DNA of 64,000 bases, taken from the NCBI RefSeq assembly GCF_036321535.1, contig NC_087437.1, positions 106,084,001 to 106,148,000 on the forward strand. The letters run 5' to 3'. Numbering within the stretch: position 1 is the first letter of the stretch; each line of letters begins with the position of its first letter. The notes below the pieces were generated by a model, which did not search any database, was not told the DNA's origin, and saw only the letters and a program-made list of their open reading frames with translations. The DNA comes from Camelus dromedarius. Taxonomy: Eukaryota. A program made the position numbers and the translations under genes. This document shows, in pieces, positions 53,330-64,000 of the stretch.

Positions 53330-53535
53330 AAAGGGGAAAACACCAATCCTGCGCTGGGCTTTTTCGACTTTTCCTTTAAAAAGAAAAAAAGTTTTTCAAG
53401 CCGTAGGTTCCAAGAACAGGCCGGAGGGGGGTGAGGCGGGGTTGGGGGGGGTGTTACAGAAAAGGCGCCTGGTCGGTTATGAGTCACAAGTGGGTTATAA
53501 AAGGGTCGCACGTTCGCAGGCGCGGGCTTCCTGTG
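53330..53535 (+). promoter_or_regulatory. MIR155HG core/proximal promoter: TATA box 53496-53502, AP-1 53480-53486, ETS core CTTCCTG 53527-53533, GAS/STAT TTCCAAGAA 53408-53416, kB-like GGGAAAACAC 53334-53343
   Basis: Motifs read directly from the sequence. An AP-1 site ~40 nt upstream of the TSS next to a TATA box is the established architecture of the BIC promoter. Confidence 0.85.
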
Positions 53536-53651
53536 CGCGGCCGAGCCGCGGCGCAGCGCGGCGGTCCCGTCGGGCCGCCTCCAGCCCCGGGACGCGGGCG
53601 GCGCGCCGAGCCCAGAGGCGATCACGCGACGCGGGGAAGGAAGGAAGGAAG
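53527..53651 (+). ncRNA. MIR155HG: MIR155HG exon 1 (start approximate)
   Basis: GC-rich segment downstream of TATAAAA, ending in the donor-like AAG|GTACGG (GT at 53652-53653). The human donor is recalled as CAG|GTACG. Confidence 0.7.
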
Positions 53652-56600
53652 GTACGGCCACTCTGCCCTCCGCTTGGACGCACCGGGACGCGGCGGGAGG
53701 GCGGGCGGGCGGCGGTTCCCGGGTCCCCACGCCGGACGCCGGGCGCCGGGGGCGGGGGCGGCTCGCACGTGGCCGCCCAGCGCCCGTCGGAGGGGCGCCG
53801 TCCGCGGGACCTCCCCCCCTCCCCCCCGCCGGTCATCGGGTCGCTCGGGGTGGATTCTTGGCGGGGAAGGAGGGGTGCTAAAGACCGGGCCCTCGGCTTC
53901 TCCGCAAAGTTCCTTTAGTTGGTAGGAGGGGTACCTGGGACGTGGCCCTGAGTGAGCTTAGCTAATTTTAGGAATGGCCCGACAAGTGTGCAGAACACTC
54001 TTGAGGGCCAGCGTGGATTGGATCAAAAGGCACTGCCTTCAAGATATGAGCCTTTTCGATTTTCTTTTGAAAAATAACTATTAATACACCTTCATTTTAT
54101 AGAAGTTAGAATCAACGTCTTAGATATCAATGTCTTTGGTTAATAGACGTGAGGACTCAGCAGACGTTCCGTGAGATTCTGTTTTTATTTGCTCCCATTG
54201 TGCCAGAGTGCACTTTGGCGTAGCACATGGTTAGCTTTTCTCATTCCCACAAAACTCCCCCCGTGTATGTGAGCCCTCCATATTTTACACCTCTCCAGGG
54301 TGGACCAGGTCTTTTGAATTTTCTGTCAGCTAAAGCAGGCATGTTGGGATGATTGTGAATAAAATTTAACCAGGAATTACAGACGTTGACAGCTGACAAA
54401 GGTATAAGTCAGAATCCAATCCTTAAAACTGAGAGCACTGAGGACCAGAGAGGTGAAGTTACTTTTCCAACATCACACAGTGGCTCCAGGATCCCACGTG
54501 ATTTGAAGAAGCCAGCAGTGTCTAAAGACGCTCATAAATTATAGTTTGTGTCAAATAGATGAGGTCAAATGGAGATATACTTTCCACAGGACATTATGCA
54601 GAAAATCACATAATGCTGAAATTACTCTGTATCTCCATTCATCTCTCAGAAGTAGGGCCTCTGTTGTATGGCTTTAACATTGTGTATCATCTAAATGACT
54701 AGGGCAGCTGAACTTTTGATAATCATAGGACTGAGTTTTTAAAAATAGATATGTATAAAGTATATAATTGCTTATCTATGTGAACAGTAATATGAGCTAT
54801 AAATTTGTCAGGGCAATTTCCCAAGTATTGTCCAGTTTGATAGTCACAATCATAGGAAGTTGGCAGGGTAGGTGGTGGTGTCCCCATTTTGCCCATGAGG
54901 ACTCAGCGAATTTATGTTTTCTCTGGTAAGGTCAGCAGGTCGTTAGGGTAAAGCCTGCTTTTAGGTCTTGATGTGGGATGGGGGATACTGGGGCAGCGTT
55001 GCATTTGGGAGCCTTTTGACTCTCCATTTAGGCTTCTGTCCATTACACTTGCTGCCTCCCTGACTTCTTTCAGGGGACCACAGCACATTTAGTAATTACT
55101 TCTGTGGCACAGACTACTCGGTAATGGTCCATAATAACCGAGTTCCCTCACACGGTGGGTCAGCTCCCCCTGGCCACAGGACCAAGCATCCTCACCATAC
55201 ATATTAAGAAAGAGAAACACAAGCACTGGCTGAGACCTGCACTGTTTCTAGGCAGAACAGTGGCATTGGTACAAATGTCTACTCTTGGTTTTATGTAACG
55301 AACCATATATAAAAAGGTATACCTTCTTGGTTTTTAAAAAAAAAAAAAATTCCTTGATTGCCCTGCTCTCTATGGGAGGGTCATCGGCCAGCTACCTGTG
55401 CCTGACACCACGTTAGATGCTGGAGAGGGGACAGAAGTGGGCGAGACAGGCACAGCCCTACCCTCATGAATCTTAAAGTTAGAAAAGACGAACAGCACAT
55501 TGCTGTGCAATTTGAGATCATTTCAGTAACGTAAATACTTAACCTGGTTAGAATGTGCTGAGAAGTTTGTCATTCTTTACTTTCCAGTCCCAAACATGGA
55601 AAATTAATAACCATCTTTCTGCTTATCTCATCAAGTCAGGCTTCTGTGAATCAAAAAATCCACCCCCAAAAGCCCTGGGTTTTAACTTTTGAAAAGTTTT
55701 TTCATCATCTATTTTATGTCATGACTAAGATTTACCATTAAATTTAAAAGAGGTTTTTCATATTAAAGGAATAGATCTTAACTTTTTTCCTGTCTCAAAT
55801 CTAATAGAGGTTATGGATCCTCTTCCCAGAAATTTTTTTTAAAGCACATGGCATGCTCACACACAATTTTGCGTCCATTGTCAGCAGGCTCCAGGCTTCC
55901 TTGAATCTCCACCATGATCCACCTGAGGGTATAGTTTCATAATCTCTATTCTAAACCTAGTAGAATGGTGGAGACTGGTGGGTGGACTCTACTTTGCACC
56001 TGGATTGAGCACCTCTGTCTTTAACTAGCTGGCATCGCTACAATTTTGTGAAGTCAGTGGCTCTTGCTTAGCTGAAGCTATTGATTTTAATATCTTTATT
56101 GCTTTGATGTTAGGCATTCAGTCCACAGTGCAGAAGCCTTGTATTGTGGAAAGAGCACCAGCCTGGGAACCACGGCAGGTTTCTAAGTCCCAGCTCTGTG
56201 CCGATTCCTGCGCCTCATTCTTCTCATCTCTAAAATGGGTGGCTGGGACTGAGTCATTTCTAAAGTCTCTTAAACTGATGAAATTCTATGATTCCAGCAT
56301 GACTGCCACTTCACTTTTTAGATATCTCCTAAGACAGAGTTGGACTCAGTGAATTCATATCCTCTGTGTCCAAAGAGGGTCAGAGTAAGTAAGTACCAGT
56401 GCCATTGACTAGAGAATGTATGTTTGTCTTTCACTGATCTCACTGGTGTCAAAACTGTCACATGTCAACTGAAATCGGATAGAATAAGAAAACAGTGAAA
56501 CATTATTTCTCAAGGGAAAAATATTAAAATTTTAAAAGCCTCTCTATCTCACCTTTTGACTACCTGTTTCTAGTATGTATTATGTTACTTCAGACTCTTA

Positions 56601-56730
56601 AGGAGATGCAGCATTTTTAATTTGATCATGGAACATATACACTCTGTCCATCAGTCCTGTCTTTGGGCATACAATACTCAGGGCCTCGAGCAAAACTACC
56701 CCAAAAGCATATCTATCCTCAAATTAACAC

Positions 56731-56762
56731 GTCACATGGTCACATGGTCACATGGTCACATG
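56731..56762 (+). repeat. (GTCACATG)x4 perfect tandem repeat
   Basis: Direct reading. Confidence 0.95.
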
Positions 56763-57179
56763 TCTGAACAGTTCCGCATCCTCACTCACAGCTCCAAGAC
56801 TCACAGCAAAGGAAAAACACTTTGAACCAAAAGGCATGATTCCCACCCTTACGCAAGATGACACACTAGTCAGAAAAGGAGGCTTCACATCGGTCAGGTA
56901 GCATGGGACAAGACAGACTGTGAGTATCCGTGCTAATTCTGAAAAACTGTAACTGTACATGGGTAGATGGGGTTAAGGCACTGACAGTGGGAAAAATTAC
57001 TGAGGATATCAGACAGCTGATTTAATGAAATTGCGAAGCTGATGTTTGGATACAGACAATGACATGTAATGACGTTGGTGTCATTACTCGTAAATGAGAA
57101 TGTTCTCTACGCAGTACAGATTCCAGGCTGTCGTAACAAAATGCTGTGCTCTTTTATGTGGCTGGTCCACGGCCAGGCC

Positions 57180-57410
57180 AGCATCACGGTTCAGAGCATG
57201 GATGCTGGTACCAGATTGCCCAGGTTAGCATCCCAGCAATATAACCTTGGGCAAGTTACTTCACCCGCCCATGCCTCCCTCTGCAAATGGGCAGGATGAT
57301 AATACTCATTACGGAGACTGTTAAGAGAAACAAGCCAGTTAGTGTACATCAAGCGGTCAAACCAGTGCCTGGCCCAGAGGGTGCCCCATGGAAGTGTTTG
57401 CTTTTATTAT
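57180..57410 (+). mobile_element. MIR SINE relic in MIR155HG intron 1
   Basis: ACCTTGGGCAAGTTACTTCACC...CTCTGCAAATGGG...GATAATA...ACCAGTGCCTGGC. Confidence 0.7.
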
Positions 57411-60400
57411 GAGTACGTTTATGATCCTGTATATTTCAGGAAACCACTTTGGAAAGTGACACACAAAAGCAGTCTGAGAAAGGAAAGCATCTATGTCCAA
57501 AGTGGTCTCTAAAAATTCTTGACAAGGTAAAAGTTGCTTGGTTTTAAGGAGTTGTAATAGTTTCAGAATGCATTTTTCTCCTGAATCCAGAGAAAAACTA
57601 ATAAAACATTTTAGAAAATTATTTCCAAGGAAACATTTTGGTGTACCTTTTAAAAGTTCCTCATGACTTAGAGATCAGGGTAACAAAGAATTATTTGCCT
57701 TGTACACGATTTTCGATAACCTGTAATTTATATAATGACCCAGCTGTACAGTAGTAAATGTATCTTGACTTATACTTTTGAAACAACCAGCACAACACGT
57801 AATAGATGGACAGAGACTTACAGGTACTCAGCAAGAATTCCTGACTGTGGCAGTTAACACTGTGGCTAACAACCATTGTGATTATGAGCCTGGCACCTTA
57901 CTAAATGCTTTACGTTCATATTTCACTTCATCTTCACAGCCACCTTTTGAGTTGGTTCTATCATTATCTCCAGTTTTAAAGAAGCAACTAAAACTTAAAG
58001 AGATCGACGAAATTGCCAAGTACCACACAGCTAGTAACATCACTGGGGTCAGGAAGGGAACCCAGGCAGGTTGAAAACAACAGAATGGTAACACCCCAGG
58101 CCTTTAATTTAGATGCACTAATTGTTAACATTTGCCACATTTGCTTTCTCTCTCTCTGTCCCTATCCATCTCTCTCTCCATCACTATGTCTGTACCTATA
58201 GGCAGACCTGGTATCCCATCTCTAACTGCTCTGGCTGTGACCCCCTAAGACTCCGAACCCACTCCTACACATGACTATGGCATCCAAGTACGGGTCAGAA
58301 AGAAACAGGAATGGAACCTGATTTTTATCCATACTGCAGATGATAATATCGGGTAGAATTTTCCGGCTTTATCCTATAGCGATTATACTTTCTGGACTGA
58401 GATCCACGCCTGGACTCCTCTAAATGTAAATGGCCCATTACTAATCTGGAATACCAACACACCTCACTGATTTGTTTCCACATTTATGAGCTCCTTCCAC
58501 ACTAGCACTCCGAGATCTGCATATTAGTTCAATCTTACTGAAGTGCTCCAATGTCAAATCCAAGCCAGCTGTGCAGACAGACATGTCTTTGGAGGTGCTC
58601 AAGCATTTATTCAAAGCATTTACTGAGGGTCAGCTATGTATCAAGACCCAGTCCCCGCCCTCACAGACATCTCCACGCTGGCAAAGAAGCACAGGAGACA
58701 GTCATGGGGCAGGGTAATGGGGGGAGGACTGACGGACCACCCTGGGGGAGACAGCCGGGAGGGTCACGTCAGAAGACAAAGAACCCAGCCTCCAAGGGTT
58801 TGCTCTCTGCCCGAGAAAGACCGCAAGGTGGACGAGCAATCTGGAGGTATATTTAATGCCTAAGTGTACGTATGAACTGTGTCTAGAGATGCCTTTGCGT
58901 GGAGCATAAACATAACCCTCATCTCGTGTGTTAAGGCACGAAGTAAAGTGCTGGGCGGGGGTGTAAAAAGTAAATGGTATGGGATTTGCTTGTAACACAG
59001 GGTATCTGATACATGTAGCATCTTAAGAAAACTAATTTTTAAACGGACAAAACCAGACTGTTCCCAGAACTTGCCCAGTTTGTCTAACAGTTCTCAGTAC
59101 ACAGATTTTTCCTTGCCATGACGGTGTGTAGAGGTAGAAAATTATAAGCTGTGGCTTATAGAAAGAGAAAAGCCAATTTTTCCTATAAGGCCAAACATAG
59201 GGGACCCTGTATCTGTAACTAACAAACAGGTTACACACAATACTTTCTAAAGGAGGCATTTTACTGAAATTAGGTGTTGAGAATAATCACTGTGAACTCA
59301 AAGGCACAGAGAAGGCCTCCTAGAAGAGGTGACCCTTTGAAGGATGGCAGACACACAGAGCTGATAACTGCTGTCACCGTTCCTTTGTCCTGGGGGGAGG
59401 GGAGAGAAAAGATACTGAAAATAAATGATAAATGAAAAAGAGAAAATTATCATTAAAATTCTCTCTGGACATGTGATACCTTTAAGTTGTCAAAGGCACG
59501 TGGAAACCGTTTGGTCAATCTGAAAGAAGAATGAAGGGCCGTGATTTAAAGCGATTGACTGCAGCTCCCTGAGTTCTCTCCTTCCGGCCCCTTGTTTTTA
59601 TCCATGTTTCTTCGAAAACCTTTTCCCAAAATTTCAGGCCTGAGGCTGAGCTAGAGTGAGGTCAGGGTGTAGGGGAAGTCCCCTCTGTGAGCCTCTGGTC
59701 CAGGATGAGCAGCTGGGCGTGGGCTGGCTCTGTACCTACTTCTGCTCACTCCACGGAATGACTCTGGGGGAAAATATTTCTAACCTGTATTTTTCCACAT
59801 CCTTATCAGAAAAGTGCAGGTATTAATCACTGTCCATAGCAGAACTATTGGGAAGGTTCCTTAGCTTGTAAATAAGTTCCAAAGAAGTTTCAGTTAAAAA
59901 CTGCCTGCTTTTAAAAGTGGGAAGAACAGAATAACCCTCTCAGGCCAGTGGCCTTTCTCGTTTGTGCCGTCACAAGTAAATGGTCCCTCAATACAATGTT
60001 TCCATAGTGACCCTGTGTATCCACGTTGGCTTTCTTCTGACACAGTTCAGAAGTATGTCACACTTAGGTTCATGTGTTAACATCATTATTGGCATATATC
60101 TTTAAAAACACTAATTTTCTGAATTTTAAAATACAGAAAGGTATATCCTATGAAAGCTGTTTCATGGGCAAACCAGTCTTTTTCAATAAGGAGCTCCTAA
60201 TTTAGAAAAAGTGGGTATTTTCATTAAACATTTTTTTAATTAGAACTATTCAGAAAAGGGATGTTAGATTTTTATGGAAGTAAGTGGAAGAGAATATCCT
60301 GCCATAGTGAGTTTATAACTTTTTCCGCAGCAATAGCTTAGACAGGGGATTTTTCTTAAATGTAAATTAATGATATGAAAAGTAATTTTCTCATTCATCA

Positions 60401-61099
60401 AGAGGTCAGGATGTGAGTTATTCTTATAGAACAATCCATTTTGCTTTTAGAAGATGCATTTGTGTGCTTCTGAAGACGTGACCACAGTTAGCTACCATCT
60501 CAATCAGTAGCAGGTCACACCATCAATTCTTTTTTAATGAGGAAACTCATGTGAATTCAAGAGGAGCATTAATACTCTTTGCCCCATTTCCTTACAGCCC
60601 AGAAGTTGACTTCGTCTAAAATCAGTAACTGAGATGTAACATAGAATAATCCTATTCTAGGGAAAACATGATTAAAAACTTCACACGAATAAACACACTT
60701 TAGAAAACCAGTCAGTGGAATATTTCTTTTTGTCACAGAATATTTAAAAGTCTTGTTGAAGAATTACTGAGAAATTAAACACTTTATACAAGATTTTATA
60801 ACACTTAGAGGTTGAAACACAGATGACTGAGCTAAAATGCAGGTGTTACTTTTTAAAATACTTAATTTATGGTTGTTTTAGGCTGGACGTGAAAAGGATG
60901 AGCTCTGGAACAATTTGGGGTATATTCTCATCTTTCCTCTAATTCACTCTTTATCCCCATGAAAACTTACCCATCCTAGGTCCTCCCTCCTCTGTCCTTC
61001 ATGTCTGCTTTCAAAGATGACTAGCTAACTAACCTAACTAACAAGACTAAATTGATGTGACCATGGAGAGGCTTCAACCCCATCCTTCTCCTTCTCCAA

Positions 61100-61185
61100 A
61101 TAAGTAATGTGCATTTCAAGAACAGTTTACCTGAAACCTTTACCTGTCACCTTGGTTCTCCCACCCAAAGGAGATGGTTCTGATG
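61100..61185 (+). ncRNA. MIR155HG: MIR155HG exon 2 orthologue, carrying the 5' part of the miPEP155/P155 sORF region
   Basis: TGCATTTCAAGAACAGTTTACCTGAAACCTTTACCTGTCACCTTGGTTCTCCCACCCAAAGGAGATGGTTCTGATG closely matches recalled human exon 2. It is followed by a strong donor ATG|GTAAGA (61186) and preceded by a pyrimidine tract (61085-61097). Confidence 0.85.
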
Positions 61186-64000
61186 GTAAGAAATTCAGAC
61201 TAAGTTGAAGGGAAGGGAAGCATTAAGACAGAGGCAGAACTTTTAGAGGGGCAGGTCCTTGGGGACATCATGTTTGCAGGCACCCTAGGTCAAAAGGTGA
61301 TCAAGAAATTGTTCTTCCAAGATGAACTATGATAGGTACAAACTTTCTCAGGATCTTGGTTTTTACATCTTTCATTCATCTCCACTGCTTAGTTGTATGA
61401 TCTAAATAAATACAGCAACTCCAGAACACAGGGAGTTAGTAAGTTCCAGTGGGAAGGTCAGAAACTGCTTTCTTATGCAATTAGATGCTGATCACTTTCA
61501 GGGAACAGGTCCAAAGAGGAGTCGACATTCAGTCCCATTCTAATGATTGTGTCTCTAACTGGTACGTAAGAAAATTAAGTAAAAATAGGGAAATATTTGA
61601 AGGAAGCTACCTAAGCTTAATCATTTTAATTTTCAAAAGCATAATTACTTTTCACGTATTAAAATGGCTTTGGAGCTAGAATTCGTATGGCTACATCTGT
61701 ATGAAATCATGACTTCCAGTAGAAAGAGGTGCACATTCACTTTGTAACAACAAATTAATAGTTTCCAAATATTTAAACTTTCATGGTGAATAAAGTCGGG
61801 GCTGTCTCCATGATGGCTTGGCTGTGAAAGTCAGTCATTGTGACTCTTCTTTTTAAAGATAACTTTATGGCATGCAGTTCTTTTGGTATGCAAATGTAAG
61901 TGGTCAGTGCTGAGAATAAGTAGGAAAATAAGAAAATACAGAAATATATAAAATTGCGGAAGGATAGAACTTAGGACTCATCTTTGAAGAGATCGTTAGT
62001 GACAAACGTAAGACGTATTCTGCTCTGACTATGTAGCTGGTAAGATCTTTCCTGGCAAATCGACAAGGTAAGAATAAAAGGATATATTGAAATCATATGG
62101 CCCCCTCTTCCAAAAAAAAGAAATCATCCTTCAGAAAAGCATCGTTTAAGAAAAATTTTCCCAGAGTGCTGCCCTCAGTTTAGTTCTCACTACCAGGGGC
62201 AGACGAGATCTACCATCTGATGAAAGATATCTATCCTTGTTCTTTATCTAGTATATCTAGATTTGGTAGATTTTTATTCAAGATAAGAAGGAATGGTTTT
62301 GACAATTACTGAGTAATAAATTCTGCCAAGTACTACATTGAACTTGGAACCAGCTACTGAAAAGAACCATGGCTGTAGTAAAGCTTACATTCACAATGGT
62401 CTTGTCATGCTGTGGGGCTAAAAGCATCATGGCATGAAGGGAGGAATGGAGGTGTGTCTCTAGAACTACCCGAGACAAGACCCTCACTCTGACTCGTAGT
62501 GTATAACCCACATCAGTTTCTCGGCATTGCTATGCATCACACATCACACTTGTTACTGTCTCATCAAATGGTTAGCAGCCGCCGCTGTTGATTGCTGGGT
62601 CTGTAATCGTATGTAACTCGTCTTCTGCCACTCCACCAGCAGGGTGGCTGTACTGATCCCAGAAACCACTTCATTTTGTTGCTACCTCATGACATCATCC
62701 TGTGCCCAGTGCCTTGGCTCATAGACCAGCCTTTCTTGTCTGTGATTTCTGATTTCCACTCAGACACACAGCAGCTCCGTCGCTGGTTAGCTTGAGTCTT
62801 CCTTGCGAAAACCCAGGCAAAAACATTGAAAGTGAGCACAGCTTCCGTGCTGGTGGGTGGGTGACCTTGTGGTCATTCTAATATCTACAAGTCTACTGAC
62901 TATACTTTTTAAAATACTATTCCGGGATATTTTCTCTTTTATTTATTGGGATGAATGTTTTTCATCCCTCACTGTGTTTTAGATGAGATGCAAGATTGTG
63001 TCATGTATTTAGACAAACTGCTTATTCCGTGTGGTTTTAGGACTGCATCATGCCTGAGAAGTTGGTCTAGATTAACACAGAACCACAGTTCCTGTCTGAG
63101 CATCAAAAAGGGGACCTGTGCGACACTTTTATTTCAGCATCCCTCTAGTGTTTGTACCAGTAGAAAAAAATAAAAGCTGTTAGAATTTTTAATATAGTAT
63201 AGCACATTGTGAAATACATTTGTCATTTTTCTGAGCACTCTGGGCAATTTGCGAAAGAAAGATGAAAGAGGAAAAAATCTAATTATTATACTAAATATAT
63301 TTCTTTTAATACCTGTACTCAGATGTCATCTTTAAAGAACAGAAGTAAAATTTATAGATAGAACAGTATGCAAGCACTTCACCTTAAATACGAATTAGAC
63401 ACAGCTCTTTAAGAGAAGGCTGAATTATACTGGCTGAACTAACATTAGGATACTAACATATATTTCTTGAGCATTTACTGTGTCCAAGACTCTGTGGAGG
63501 GGGGTTTAAAGTCCTTTTTTTTTTTTTTAACAATATTGACTGAAAATCTGTAAAAAAAAGCTAAAATCCTGAATTGACATCATTTAATTCAAAGCTCTTC
63601 ATCATTAAACTAATTCATCTCAGCAAACAGTAAGGTTAAAGAAAAAAGTTACTGTCAGTAAGAATGATAAATTTCCTTGGTTTGGAAATTTCCAAACCAC
63701 GATATTCTGCCCTGTCAAAATATATTCACTGGGGAATTTTTAACTTTATACACTTCTTTTGAACTTAATCACAGTTTTACATCTAGCTGGTTTCAGGATT
63801 AAATAAAAGAGAAGGTGATTCCCCTTTTGCACTAGGGGAGACCACATACTTGAATGGTAGTCTAACTTCGAGGTTCTGCTGTAGTAACACCGAAACCAGA
63901 AGCTTGTGGGAGAAATGTCACTTTATCTGAGAGAGTAAAATCAGACTGTAACAGGAAGTAGCAAATTCATCTTTTTCTTTTTTTAATCCACTGTGCCGAA

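Larger units (their letters stand above)
53230..53945. promoter_or_regulatory. CpG island over the MIR155HG TSS, exon 1 and start of intron 1
   Basis: Very high GC and CpG density (e.g. 53505-53900) against an otherwise CpG-depleted, AT-rich window. Confidence 0.9.
53527..64000 (+). ncRNA. MIR155HG: MIR155 host gene (BIC) primary transcript, 5' part: exon 1, intron 1, exon 2 and part of intron 2. The miR-155 exon lies beyond the window end
   Basis: Promoter/5' sequence GGTTATGAGTCACAAGTGGGTTATAAAAGGGTCGCACGTTCGCAGGCGCGGGCTTCCTGTGCGCGGCCGAGCC and the exon-2 block at 61100-61185 match my recollection of human BIC. No TTAATGCTAATCGTGATAGGGG (miR-155-5p) was seen in the window. TSS is approximate (~25-30 nt after the TATA box). 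Confidence 0.9.

Noticed and set aside
53017..53925. Long ORFs (237, 164, 158 and 113 aa) over the CpG island
   Set aside because: Overlapping Arg/Gly/Pro/Ala-rich frames on both strands are expected from stop-codon scarcity in GC-rich DNA; no recognisable protein.
61186..64000. miR-155 hairpin
   Set aside because: Searched by eye for TTAATGCTAATCGTGATAGGGG and did not find it; it is expected slightly beyond the window end.

Overview
Mammalian, repeat-rich, essentially non-coding genomic DNA. It is very probably camelid (alpaca/camel), judged from two tRNA-derived Vic-1-type SINEs and several young L1 3' ends. No intact protein-coding gene is present; the ORF track is almost all noise. Main elements: (1) the promoter, CpG island, exon 1 (~53.53-53.65 kb) and exon 2 (~61.10-61.19 kb) of MIR155HG/BIC on the + strand. 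The miR-155 hairpin exon is not in the window and should lie just past its right end. (2) A ~2.85 kb, 5'-truncated, decayed processed pseudogene of FAT1 on the - strand (36.46-39.31 kb), nested in an MLT2 LTR that is itself nested in an L2. (3) Many L1, L2, MIR and MaLR/ERV LTR relics, including a twin-primed L1 and a permuted L1 ORF2 insertion. (4) Several short local duplications and palindromes. The most notable points are the apparent loss of the first ATG of the miPEP155/P155 micropeptide, a non-AG dinucleotide at the orthologous exon-2 acceptor, and a perfect 22-bp palindromic kB-type site in intron 2. I found no convincing wholly new multi-gene system. Comparisons with human sequence are from memory and need confirming by alignment.
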